From Phoronis australis (taxonomy: Eukaryota > Animalia > Phoronida), in assembly GCA_002633005.1 (NCBI GenBank), contig NMRA01000022.1, forward strand, positions 695,201 through 759,200: a stretch of 64,000 nucleotides of DNA. The letters are read 5' to 3'. Below the pieces are notes generated by a model that had not been told where the DNA came from, did no database searches, and worked only from the letters and a program-made list of their open reading frames with translations. Position 1 is the first letter of the stretch, and each line of letters opens with the position of its first letter. Made by a program: the position numbers and the translations under genes. Below are positions 22,801-34,800 of this stretch, piece by piece.

Positions 22801-25800
22801 AACAGAAGAACTGGCAACTGATCACCAAATGGACTGCCTGCTGCTGTTTCTCAGATTGTTGCCGATTTCTCTTCTGCAGAATGTTTTGGGAGCGATGTCA
22901 ATCGAACGCCGGGCAATGTAAGAACTGGGCTTTTCCCTTAACAATGCTTACGTAAGTTCCCTTGTCAAGCAACTGTGTCAGTATGGAATGATTGGTCAAC
23001 TTTGGCCCAGTAAGCTTGAGATGACATTGAAACTACTTATGTGGTACAACACGATGGAAAGCACAAAACTCCTCAACCATTACGCAAGGAAAATCAGTAG
23101 AGATTCTAATTTGGTTCTATTCGCAAACTAACATAAACAAAGCTGACAATCACATTGATCTGATGAGATTTAGAATTAAGAGTAACAAAAGTTAATTGGT
23201 GACATTGTAACTACACTCTCTCTTGATAAAGAAGTTCTTCCATGACGAAGAGAGTGATGTGTGTCTATTGTATCCATGTTAAATTTACAAGATAACCGAA
23301 AGCAGACAACACTGCCGACGGTGACTGTCTCTGGTCAAATATCACGTGATTTATTGTTCGTCCTGTTGTCCTTTCAAAAGTTTCACCATGGCCACGTAGT
23401 CGAACTTGCCTGCGGAAATTGGGGCTTCCTTCCAAGTCTGACGCATCTGAAAACGTACCAGAAATGTTGCTCGTTTCCAGCACAGTTTTACGTGTTTCAT
23501 CAAGTACATATAACCAGACGGTAGTGCTTACAGGTAGTAAATGCCACATAGTTGTCTCCAATACGAAATGGCAAATCAAATTGAGAGACGTGGTCTCGAA
23601 GAAAGGAAGTGAGCTTACCTCTTCTTTGGTGAAGATATCTCCAACGTTTTCCAGTAGATCTCTTACACTGGAATACAAAAAAAGGTTGTTGAAACTAACT
23701 TCCAACCATTGTACTGTATGCACAAGTTTTAACCGAAGTTGTCTGCAGGCAACGAGTTAGCATTGCGTTGAAATTAAAATTAGCTGCTTTGACACTGTTA
23801 CTTGTTGTAGTTGTTGTTGAGCAATGAGATACTTGGGGGGGGGGGGGGGGGTTAGTTTCTAGCCGGGAAAGGGGTGGTTTGGGAGACGTCCTCCAGATCC
23901 GGAGATGTAGTCCATTTCTCCCATAATTTAAGAGGGGGGCGGTGAGTCCTCAGACATTCACATATAACGTGCTCTGCTGTTTCGTCACCCAGACTGCATT
24001 TTCTGCACACCGTTGACATTGTTGTAGCAGGTAAGTTATAACATTTAAATCGCTTGTTTTCAGAATGTAATCCTGTTTTCTCATTTAGCATATTGCTTAA
24101 AGACTGGCTGAGGGTAACTTAACATAGGAATTCAGAATTATGCAATGAACTTTAATTTTTACTCTTGAACGAGTCATTAGTCCGAAAACGGTAGTTAAAT
24201 TTACACAATGGGAAAACACTTTATATACCATGGGAATACAAATAAACGTTTGCGTTAATGGTTTTTTTGATTGTGTTATCATTAAGTTATCTTGAAACAA
24301 TTAACAAGAGCAACGCCGAGCGTTGAAATGCGCCCACGAATGCATTGCAAATGGTGTGCTTTTAAGGTTATTTATTTGTATAATAAAAATGGCCACTAGA
24401 TGGCGCAAAAACATACCATCCATCCATCCAAAAACAGGAACATGCCATATTTCATAAAAATCTGTCAAGGAACTTCAGAGAAACAAAGGAAAACAGAATA
24501 AAATGAAATTGCCACTAGTGGGCACAGTGTCGTTGTATCTGCCTAAAAGTGGTCGTTGTCTGTTGTTATCTTCATATAAATACACTTACAAAATTTAGTA
24601 AAAGATCTTGCAGTGGGTTTAAGAGATACAACTATGGGCGCAATACAAAACTGCCACTAGGACGCGCCACAGTAATCAGTCAACGTCATCAAACGTCGTC
24701 TTCACACGAAGAACATATATGCCAATTTTCAAATGATTTGTTCGATACAGTGGTGGACATCAAAAACAAGATTTGAAAACAGCAAAAATGGCCACTAGGT
24801 GGAGCAAAATACCTCGATTCCATCCAAAAACAGGAAGATAGCCTATATTCAAAATTTTATGAAAATCTATTGAGGACTTTTTAAGATACTAAGTTAAACG
24901 TAAAAAACTAAAATTGCCGCTAAGGGACGCAGCAGTAATCAGATTTGTCCGAAAGTCGTCATCCGTAGTCAACATCATATAAATACACTTGCTAAATTAA
25001 GAAAAGATCCTGCGAACGGTTTAGGAGATACAGCCATAGGCGCAACAAAAACAAAACTGCCACTAGGAGGCGCCTCAGTAGTCAAAATCGTCGGAAAATC
25101 ATCGTCAACCGTCCTCTTTATAGTAAGCACATACATGCTAATTTTCACAATCATCCTTTGAGCGGCTTGGTTGATAGAGGGGTGGACGCAAAAAACAGAC
25201 TCGAAAACAATAAAAATGGCCACTAGGTGGCGCAAACTACGACGAATCCATCTGAAAACGGGAGGATAGCGTCACCTCACTAATAGGTGCCTACATATTA
25301 TATTTCATGAAAATCCGTTAAGGACTTTTGAAGATACAAAGGTAAACGTAAAAAAAATAAAATTGCCACTAGGGGGCACACCGGTAGTCGGATCCGACCG
25401 AAAGTTCGCTCATGCCGTCCCATTCATGAATGGAACATATGTGCCAAATTTCATGAACGTATGTCAAAGGGTTTTGGAGGTAGAGCAGCGGACGCCGGAC
25501 GGACGGAGATGACGGCATAATGCGTCCACATATAAATATGTGGGAGCATAAAAAGCAATCAAATATCTACACCAATTGTTGATCGTCTGTTTTATTGCTA
25601 GTTGGATAGTACAAAACGTAAGGAAGCAAACATAAAAAGAGCGAATATTCATATTTTTTTATACTCACTATTCCTCAGGGAGGAATCCGGTGTTCAGATC
25701 ATCGAACATTTGGAAAGCATTTTTGATTGTGGCTTCAGGATCAGTACCTGGGGGGAATACGACCAAATAACAAAGTTGAATTCCAGAATTCCACAATCAA

Positions 25801-28800
25801 TGACTTGCGTTCATACATTTAACTGACAATTGAATGTTAAAGCAAAAGGTAAAACCACACACTTTGGTTCATGTGCTAGGCCTATGTACGAAACATTTGA
25901 GTGAAACCAAAGAAATTTAATGAATAAACGTAAACTAAATCCGCTACAGTAGATGACGAAATGATTTCAATTTAATTGAAAATAATTAAGAACGGATTTA
26001 AACGTTCAAAAAATCCAGTTTAAGATAATGGCCGTGTGAGTGAAATGCTTGAGCAAAGGTTTTTGAAAAAATGCGTCGTTGCGAATATAGGCGCTCGTTT
26101 ACTTCGTTAGTCAACTCTAGTGGGTAATATCTTACTGATATTTGGCCAGTTATCCCTACATGTTACCTTATGAGAGTATTTTCAGTTAAAAACGTGACAT
26201 TATCTTGCAATTTCAGGCATCAAAAGCAACACCAAGGACCTTTTTAACTGGGCTTCGTGATTTTTGTTGCTTCATTACTCGAAATGTTTTCAATCCCGAT
26301 TTAAAACGGCTCTTTGCTGAACAATTTCTTGAGCGGGGTCACGTAATGTAGGCGATTTCTGTGAAATGTTGTTTTGGAGATCTAGGTGAGCCAACTTGCG
26401 ATCGAGTCGGTCACGCCATCTGGTATTTTCAAACGAAAAAAGCATCTAGTAAAAACAACCACCAAAAGCAATTCCAAGTGATGATTTCTCCTTTCGATAA
26501 CCATGGTTCTTTTCTTCTGTTTCCCTTATTCGTAAATTGTCTCGTCGCGGAACTTTCTCTTGAGCGATCTCCACGACATTTTGTTTAGTAGTTCTTGGTA
26601 AGCCGATTCGCGTACAAGCCGGTATCGTCACTAAATGACTACGCGCATATACGGTTTTCCAGAGTTGTCGAAACACTAATCATCGAAACTACCTCAAATT
26701 CTTAATTGCATCACATAGTATACCATATCTGACCAGTCCGTTTTACTCACCTAACTTCACATCCAACGTAAGTTTAAGGTCGACTATGTTCACTTACCGT
26801 GTGCCTTTTCACCAAAAAGTGTAAGAAAAGCCGTGAAGTTGAGCTGTCCTGGGCACTCGGCAAGCATCGCCTTGAGAGTTTCAACCTTGGGTTCCTGGCC
26901 TGGATTGTATAAAGTGCAAAGGCGTCAGCAGATGCAACCAAAGCTCAGGGATCTAAGCAAGGCTAGCAAGCACAGGAAAGCAGCCGAACTCTTTCGCGTG
27001 CAGACGAACAACTCGCGGGAAATATTTCACGGTTTGTACGGAACAGTGAGCATTGACTATGCCTGTGTCAGATAAGGATATCCACGATTGTATTTAGCAA
27101 CATGATTTTCCATGTAGTTTTTGTGTCATACTAGTAAACTAAACACTGCCCGTTTCCACGAGCAACCATTCGTCCGCAGGCGAGAAGAAGCCAACTAGAG
27201 TCAGGCACTACAACTACGCGACAGCGGCGACGGTTGGCTATACAGTCTTACCGCACAGCTTTTCTCCAAAAATCGTTAAAAACATTGTAAAATTAAGAGG
27301 CCCCGGCGCTTCCTTGACCATGTTAGCCAGGACATCGTCTGCGGGGATTCGACCTGAAACACACACACAGAGAGAAACACACACCAGTTAGACGGGAACA
27401 CACCTAAACGACGTTTGGAGTGAATGCTACACGCAGCTCTCACTGAACAAATCACAGCTGTTAGGATAGTGGGATCAATGCTGGAACTTAAATCCGAAGG
27501 CAACCTTTTTTCATGTCATTTTTAGCAAAAATAAGGTTCGTTGATTACCCAGACATATTTTTCACTTATTTACTGCTTTTCGTAATTTAATTAATTTCTC
27601 GTCGTCTACTCCGGAAGTGACGTTTTGGGAGGCAAGAATTTCGCGCCAATTTCTTTTCATATAGTCTGACTGTGAGAGCAGTCGAGTCAGTCATTGTGCT
27701 ACTTCGGTTGTGATAAGTTTGGTCGTCGTTTGCTTTTGCTTACGAGTCAGTCAACATGCCACGCTCTTGCTGCGTACTGGGGTGTACTCATTATCGTCTC
27801 ACGTACAGAGGAAGAACTGTCCCACTTGCCCGAGTGTCCCGCGACACACTCCCACTGAAGGGTGATCTGAGCACCCAAACTGCTTACATTCCGCCGTGTG
27901 ACTCCCTCGCCACACACCTGGAATCTTCCAAATAGCTCCAATACAAGTCCACAATAAACTTATAAAACTTAGGCTCACCGATCTGTTCATTGGATGACGA
28001 ACTGTCCTCTTCACTGGGTGTCGAACTGGGCCTGTATTCACTCCCACTACTCAACATCGCTGCAGGGCTGCTTACAGGCTCTGGGCTAGAGACAACAGCA
28101 CAGGGCGAATCACTGCTAGTTCCTGGAATTGCACGCAATGGAGTACGTTCGGAGGCACGGGTGACAGTAGATGAAGTGCCTCCAGTCACTGCATATAGTG
28201 GCCACAGCTCGCGAGGCTTCTCGCTTCAAAAACGCTTTTCTTGGGGTTGGCGACGACGCACTGCCGGGAATCAACAGCGACGGTATGGTACCCTTCTTCA
28301 GGCTTTGTTTCGCAGGGACCTTCATCAATTCAGCGTACATATCTGTCATAATCTGACGGCAGAAAATGCTTGCCACACACTCTGTAATCCTCTACTGCTT
28401 TGTACGTTGCGTGGACGGGTAGCGCTGCGTTCTTCACATGAACGAGCTAGCCAAGTACGGCGAAGTGTGTCATCCCTCGGAAAGCGACGCAAGGTACCCA
28501 AAGCGTGTGTGAGAAGATAATGAGTACATCTCGGCACGCAGCAACAGCGTGGCATGTTGTCTGACTTGTAAACAAAAGCAAACGACGACCGAACTTATCA
28601 CAACCAAGGTAGAACAATGACTGACTCGACAGCTCTCACAGTCAGACTATAATGAAAAGAAATTGGCGCGAAACTCTTGCCTCCCAAAACGTCACTTCCA
28701 GAGTAGAGGACGAGAAATTAATCAAATTACGAAAAGCTGTAATTAAGTGAAAAATGTGTCTGGGATAATCAACGAACCTTATTTTTGCTAAAAGTGACAT

Positions 28801-31800
28801 GAAAAAAGGTTGCTTTCGCCTTTAAGTATTGACTGCGATAGGAAATAATTTGGAGGACAACAGATCGGGCGTACATTCAGAGCAGTGACATCCAAAGGTG
28901 GGAGGTTATGTCGATTCTGAATAACTATCACTGATATGAAAAGGTTACAAGTGGCCTTGGCAATTTCGCCAAGGAAGAGATGTGCAGTTATCAGATCACT
29001 AACCCGTTGGCTCAAAAACCTTACTACTGGAGGACACTATATTGTGAAATGAAAAAAGTGTACTGTCAACTTTTCAGTTTTAATTCACGTCGGTGTTTGA
29101 TTATAAAGGGCGAGATCTTAAGTTTGTACGTGAAATATTAGTCCCGAGTAAAGAAACAACCAACCATAAAGTACGGTAATACTTCCCCTAATTCGCACAA
29201 AAATAATTGCAGACATTGTAGTTTTCCAGTGTTCAAATGCCGGTTAGTTTGTTACAAATAAGTGAAACTGTACTAAATGTTATTTTATGACTTCTAAACA
29301 GTACAGCGATGCCAATAAAAGACTATTTGCTTTTTCTTTGTTTTTCTTTTTGTGGAGAAACTAGACAAAATAGAATTCCCCCTGTGGCCACATTGTGTGA
29401 TAAATTAGCGACGTAGTACCTTATTAACATACTCAAACCGTTTTCCAAGGATATCAAAGTCTCTCTCAGCTTGTGCAGAGCAGAATGGAGGTACTTATAC
29501 GTCGAATGGAGGGTGACATGCAGGCACGGACAGGCCACACGGAACTGGCGGGATACTCAGGGGAAGTGCATTCAAGGAAGATAAAAATATTATCTCAATT
29601 TTTGATAAAATGCTATTCTTTTCAGCGCTGCGTTTCGTAGAGCACGTTCCTTGCAAGAAAAGCGAGTGATTGCACTAGCTTTACTCGCGAGTGTCTTGCG
29701 TCTACGGAACGTGCCCAGTGTACACAGTTACAAGTACACGTATGACACTAGAAATGTCCAGACAACAGCAAATTGTGTCAAACAAAAGAAACGCCAAGGA
29801 TTTCTGTTTTGAATTGTTAGATTATTTTGGCGTATCAGTTGTTCGTAAAACCTTACCGCTATCTGTCGGTGCCACTCAAAACTTACCTAGTGAGGCGTAC
29901 ATGTCCTTCAGGTCTTCAACATCGATGAATCCATCCCTGTTTTGATCGATCATGGTAAAGGCCTATAAAAAGATTTTTCAAATTTTAAGGATTTTACAAA
30001 AATAACAGAAAGTCACAACAGTAAAATCTCACCAACTTAGGACACAAATGAATTTTTTCATTCTATATCAAATATTTGTAGTCTTGTTCATTTGAAGTTC
30101 TGTACAATAGCTGTCATCACGCAATGATAGTTCTATACAATAACTGTCATCACGCAATGATAGTTCTATACAATAGCTGTCATCACGCAATGATAGTTCT
30201 ATACAATAGCTGTCATCACGCAATGATAATTCTATACAATAGCTGTCATCACGCAATGATAGTTCTACACAATAGCTGTCATCACGCAATGATAGTTCTG
30301 CACAATAGCTGTCATCACGCAATGATATCATAAATTGTGAACATTCACAGCAATTTTTCAAAAATTGAAAAAGGTCAATATTGGCTATAATTCATGTCCG
30401 AAATTGGTGAGAGAATAGTACAAATACAACAGGGGTAGCAAACTGTCAAGTTTACGAACTGTGTAAAGCAGCTTTCCGAACAGGCTTAAATTTCGAACGC
30501 AGTAGCACCCGAACCACGGAACCATTGGTCTTGCAAGTGCTCAACCACTCTCCCAGAGCACAATGGATTTGGATCAGAAGAGTGATTCACATATCAGATT
30601 TCAACGTTCGGCATGTCGATTTCTCCATTCGAAAAGCTGATTGATTCCACCCTGTACAAGCAACCTTTCACTGGAATCCGAGAACCACGTGTGTCTACAT
30701 ACGCACTTGTTACAGAGACTTGCAAATGATACATTCATAACAAAACTCTAGTTCTACATTCACTTCGTAAAACTACTACACGAGTATACATTTACAAACG
30801 TAGACTAAAACAAAAACATATTTTAAACAGCTAAGAAAAAATCATTGAATTAGTAACATATACAAAATACTAATCTTACAGAAAGAATATTTTCTAAACA
30901 ATTTAGTTAAAATAATCACGAAAAACTCATGTTTAAATATCTGGTCGAATTAATTCGCTTTCTCATTGTTGAATTTTCAGTATCTCACCAAAAAATACAA
31001 TGAAAACGCTCTGAGTAGCGACACTAGGCGAAATCAAATAAAAATTTATAAGTAAGGTCGACGACGAAACCAAGAACATCAACAACTACGATCCCGACGC
31101 CTAATACAGCAACATACAGTAAGTGATAAACCGGTAAAAGAACAGCGAGGAATCAGTCAATAAAATACATCAAATCAGGAATACTTGAATAAGTCGAGAG
31201 TGCTACGTGTAACTGGTAGCGAGAAACCTATCACACACTGCAGATAGCCCCTCAGGAGATTTATTAAAATACACAATATTGCGAAGATTCGGTCAAAGAG
31301 GATTCGGCCAAAGGATGGCAGAGCAGGAGCTACGCAAACATTGGGAAAATGGCCGTCACAGTGCCATCTTGCGTCCCATTGCGCCCAAAAACAAAACAAA
31401 AACTTCGAGCTATTGACCAGATAAATACTGTGCGTAAATTTCCTATTGATCAAACGAAAAAATGTCCTTTCTAGCACAAATATGATAGGCCAACAAAGTG
31501 CAGCAAGAAATAAGTCAATAAAAAAACAGTCATCTAAACAGTAAATCTCGAATATCTCGATAACGCTAAGTCGTACAGAGAAACGGCTTTCACGGGGCTG
31601 ATGTTGCTTGAAAAGATCTATCCACATACCAAATTTCAGACAGGCCCGTCAAGGGCACAAAAGCTCCATTAATTCGAGAGCAGTCCTCACAAAATCTCGA
31701 ATAACTCTAGAACGGTACGTCCTAGAGAGAAACAAAAGCATATTTCCCCATAGCCTGTGAAATGGTCTATCCAAAGAAAACCCTATCAAAAAATCCCTCC

Positions 31801-34800
31801 AGAAACAGCGGGACGGTGGCTCCTCAAACCAACACAACGTCACCTTGCGTTCGATTTCACAATAAGCTTCGAGCTATTCATGAAACACAGCCTCATCGGA
31901 TAGGAAATGCGACCTGTAGCGTGCGAACAAAGGAACAAACAAAAACAAAACAAAAAGTTTACCGGCGACAAAGCAAAAGACTTGGAAAAATTCCATTTCA
32001 CCAAGTAATACAATTCAAAAACGATAATTACAAGGATAATGAAACACTCCACACGTCATGCACGTTTCTTGAGTTTAACTTATGAAAACACCTTTACAGT
32101 GCGAATGCCAAACACTAAAAAAACACGTGGGACATACGGTTAGATGAGAGACCATATTCGCACTTAACAAACGTCATGCAAAATATCTCCAGAAATATAT
32201 TAAGAATTATCAGTAAATAGGTTTTCGAAAAGTTCCCCATTAATTTGTGAGACAACGAATACGAAACAGATGAAAAACACAAACTGGAACTATAGTTCAA
32301 CCGATTCAACATGCGCATTCAACAAGTCACGTGATGTCATTCGACAACCATAGATCATTTTGAAGAAGTGTATGCAAAGGATCCTATCGGTTATAAAAGT
32401 GTCCCCTTCAGTCAAGACTCGCCAAAGGTTAAAGCGACAATGAATCTGCCTTCCATGTTAAGAAAAGACAAGTTTTGATTCAGACCCCTTACCGTTACAA
32501 AATTGGTCCTAAATTGTTCCTTAATGAAAATGGAGTTGATTTCTGTGTATCGAAAGAACTGGCAGTTCGTTATTGCACGAGACCAACCTCTATACGTTGG
32601 CTTGTCACGGAGTGTCATTTTATGCACAGGAATATGTTTCAAGGAAAAACGAATTGTCAGTTCCTTGTAAACCCAGAAATCACTTCTCATCTGAACAAAG
32701 AACAAGTTGCGACCAATTTCGAAGAAGTGAGTGGTCTGAAACAAAAGTTTGCAATTGGACGGAACGCGGGTTCATAACCGCTTTGAGAAAAACAAAGACC
32801 ATATTAGTTGGGAAGTGATGCGACGCAATAACATGGGCATCAGCTGACAGATTGCAATGTTCAAGTGACGTAACATCAAATTTTTTGGGGGGTGGTAACG
32901 AGAATTCATATGAAAAGAGTGCCGAGAGATGAAAAAAATGTAAATAGGAGATTTCTTTAGGCAGGGTGGTGACGCGAATCAACGCAAAAATCGAACTTCG
33001 AGAAGGATATATCCGTCACATCTGAAGGAACTATCGTTTTTGTGCCCAAATCGTTCAAATTTTGGCATTTCAAAGAAATACTAAACAAGAAAACTTATTT
33101 CATTATCAGCTTTTTCGAAATGGTGTCGCAATGTTAAGATGTGAGATTTAAATTTTCTCTCGAATTTAATGGCTGCTGTTTCTACAATCAGTAGTGTTCA
33201 TTCTCAAGTCACACGAGTTGCGATTTACACATCGAACTGATTCAAAGCTAAAGCAAGAGCACAATTTGACAGGAAATGCATTGCTGCCATACTACTTGAT
33301 TCAAACAGTCCCAACAATGGCAACAAAACAAGAGGCACTTTCATGAAAGGAACGATTACAACTTTCCAATTGTTAGGCCACAGCTTTAGAAACAGTTCGA
33401 CGAGTAGAGCGCACTGAAGGCAGCCCCATGAGTGGATAGTGTTAAGCGTCACGTGACAGGCGTCATAGGGTGAGGTAACAACCACGGCAAGCAGCCACGG
33501 GCGGCAAGCAGCCATGGGTGGTGTCGACACACTTTACCTCCTTGAATTCCTGTATCTGCGCTTGTGGGAACATACCCAGCACATTTTTTGATTTTCTTCC
33601 CTATTTTCGGCATATGTATAAAATTATTAACACCATACTTATAACAACAGTATTGTACCGCCATGTTCAATTACCATCGTTGCTTCAGTAAAGATATTAT
33701 ATTGACCATCTTACACCACAGTCCAAATGCTCAAGTCCAAATGCTCAAGTCCAAATGTCGAAACAATTCATATGAAAAGTATTTCATCGAACATCATCTG
33801 GGATTTTTATGAAAAGTGGACGTGGTGGCAGACACGGCATGAAAAGCAGACGATGGTTTCTGATATTTGCGGTTGAACAAACCTCTTTAAATTCCTGGAT
33901 CTCGGACTGTTTAAACATTGAAAAAACATTCGAGGTAGCCCGCTGAGCGCGTTTTGGCTCCTTCGCTCGCTTAGCTGCCTGTAAATAGTCCGACAGAAAA
34001 ACAACCACGATGAAATCACAATTCACAACATGGCCGCATAACACTCGGGTCTTTCGCATCTTCTTATCAATTGGTAGTCCGCTGTCACGCACAGAATGTG
34101 GTCACGTATCATGCTAATCTGTGCCCCTGCATCTACAACTAATCATACCTTCATTCGAGAGCAGCGTCGACTCAGTGTCCTACAAAGCAAAAGACGCCCA
34201 TGCTTTTTAGTGACTTTTTTACCTCCTTCAATTCTTGGATTTCTTGCTGTTTAAACATAGAGAATACGTTCGACTGCCTTCCGCTGCGTTTCGATTCTTT
34301 CGGTTCACCACCATCATCAGCCTCGGTGTCCTTGGCCTTTGCAGCGTCACCACGCTCTCTAGCGGCTCTGCTTGCTCGACTCGCCTGCATAAATACCGAA
34401 GGTACCCAGTTGCAAACTTTTGGGTTACTGACAACATTCTAATCGCTATAATATGTATTATAGTTATTTGAATTCCCAAACCCATACTTTCAGTGTATGG
34501 GCAATATTTATACAAATTCTACCATTTACAATTTATTCCTAAATGTCTAAACTTGAACTTTAAGTTCTTAGGCAGACCTTTTCAATAATCTGCCTGAAGT
34601 TTCATTTCACCTCGACACGGAATCTACAATACAACACCATTACTAGTCTACGAGTTTACCATTCCTTAAGTAAGTCAGAGCCAACATTTTATAAATAATC
34701 CCTCCCATTATTCAGCCTGTTTGTTCAATCCCGCATGACAGTAGCGTGTGTATTCTAATAACACCTCGTCTTTGTTGACATTTTCTCTTAATATTTACAC

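Noticed and set aside
27990-28520. 176-aa plus-strand ORF as a gene
   Set aside because: It is the antisense shadow of the frameshifted THAP sequence inside the transposon.
30097-30326. Regular 33-bp repeat as a CRISPR array or a repeat protein ([11 protein letters not shown])n
   Set aside because: The units are head-to-tail with no unique spacers, lie in a eukaryotic intron and have no cas genes nearby. The ORFs arise only because 33 is divisible by 3.
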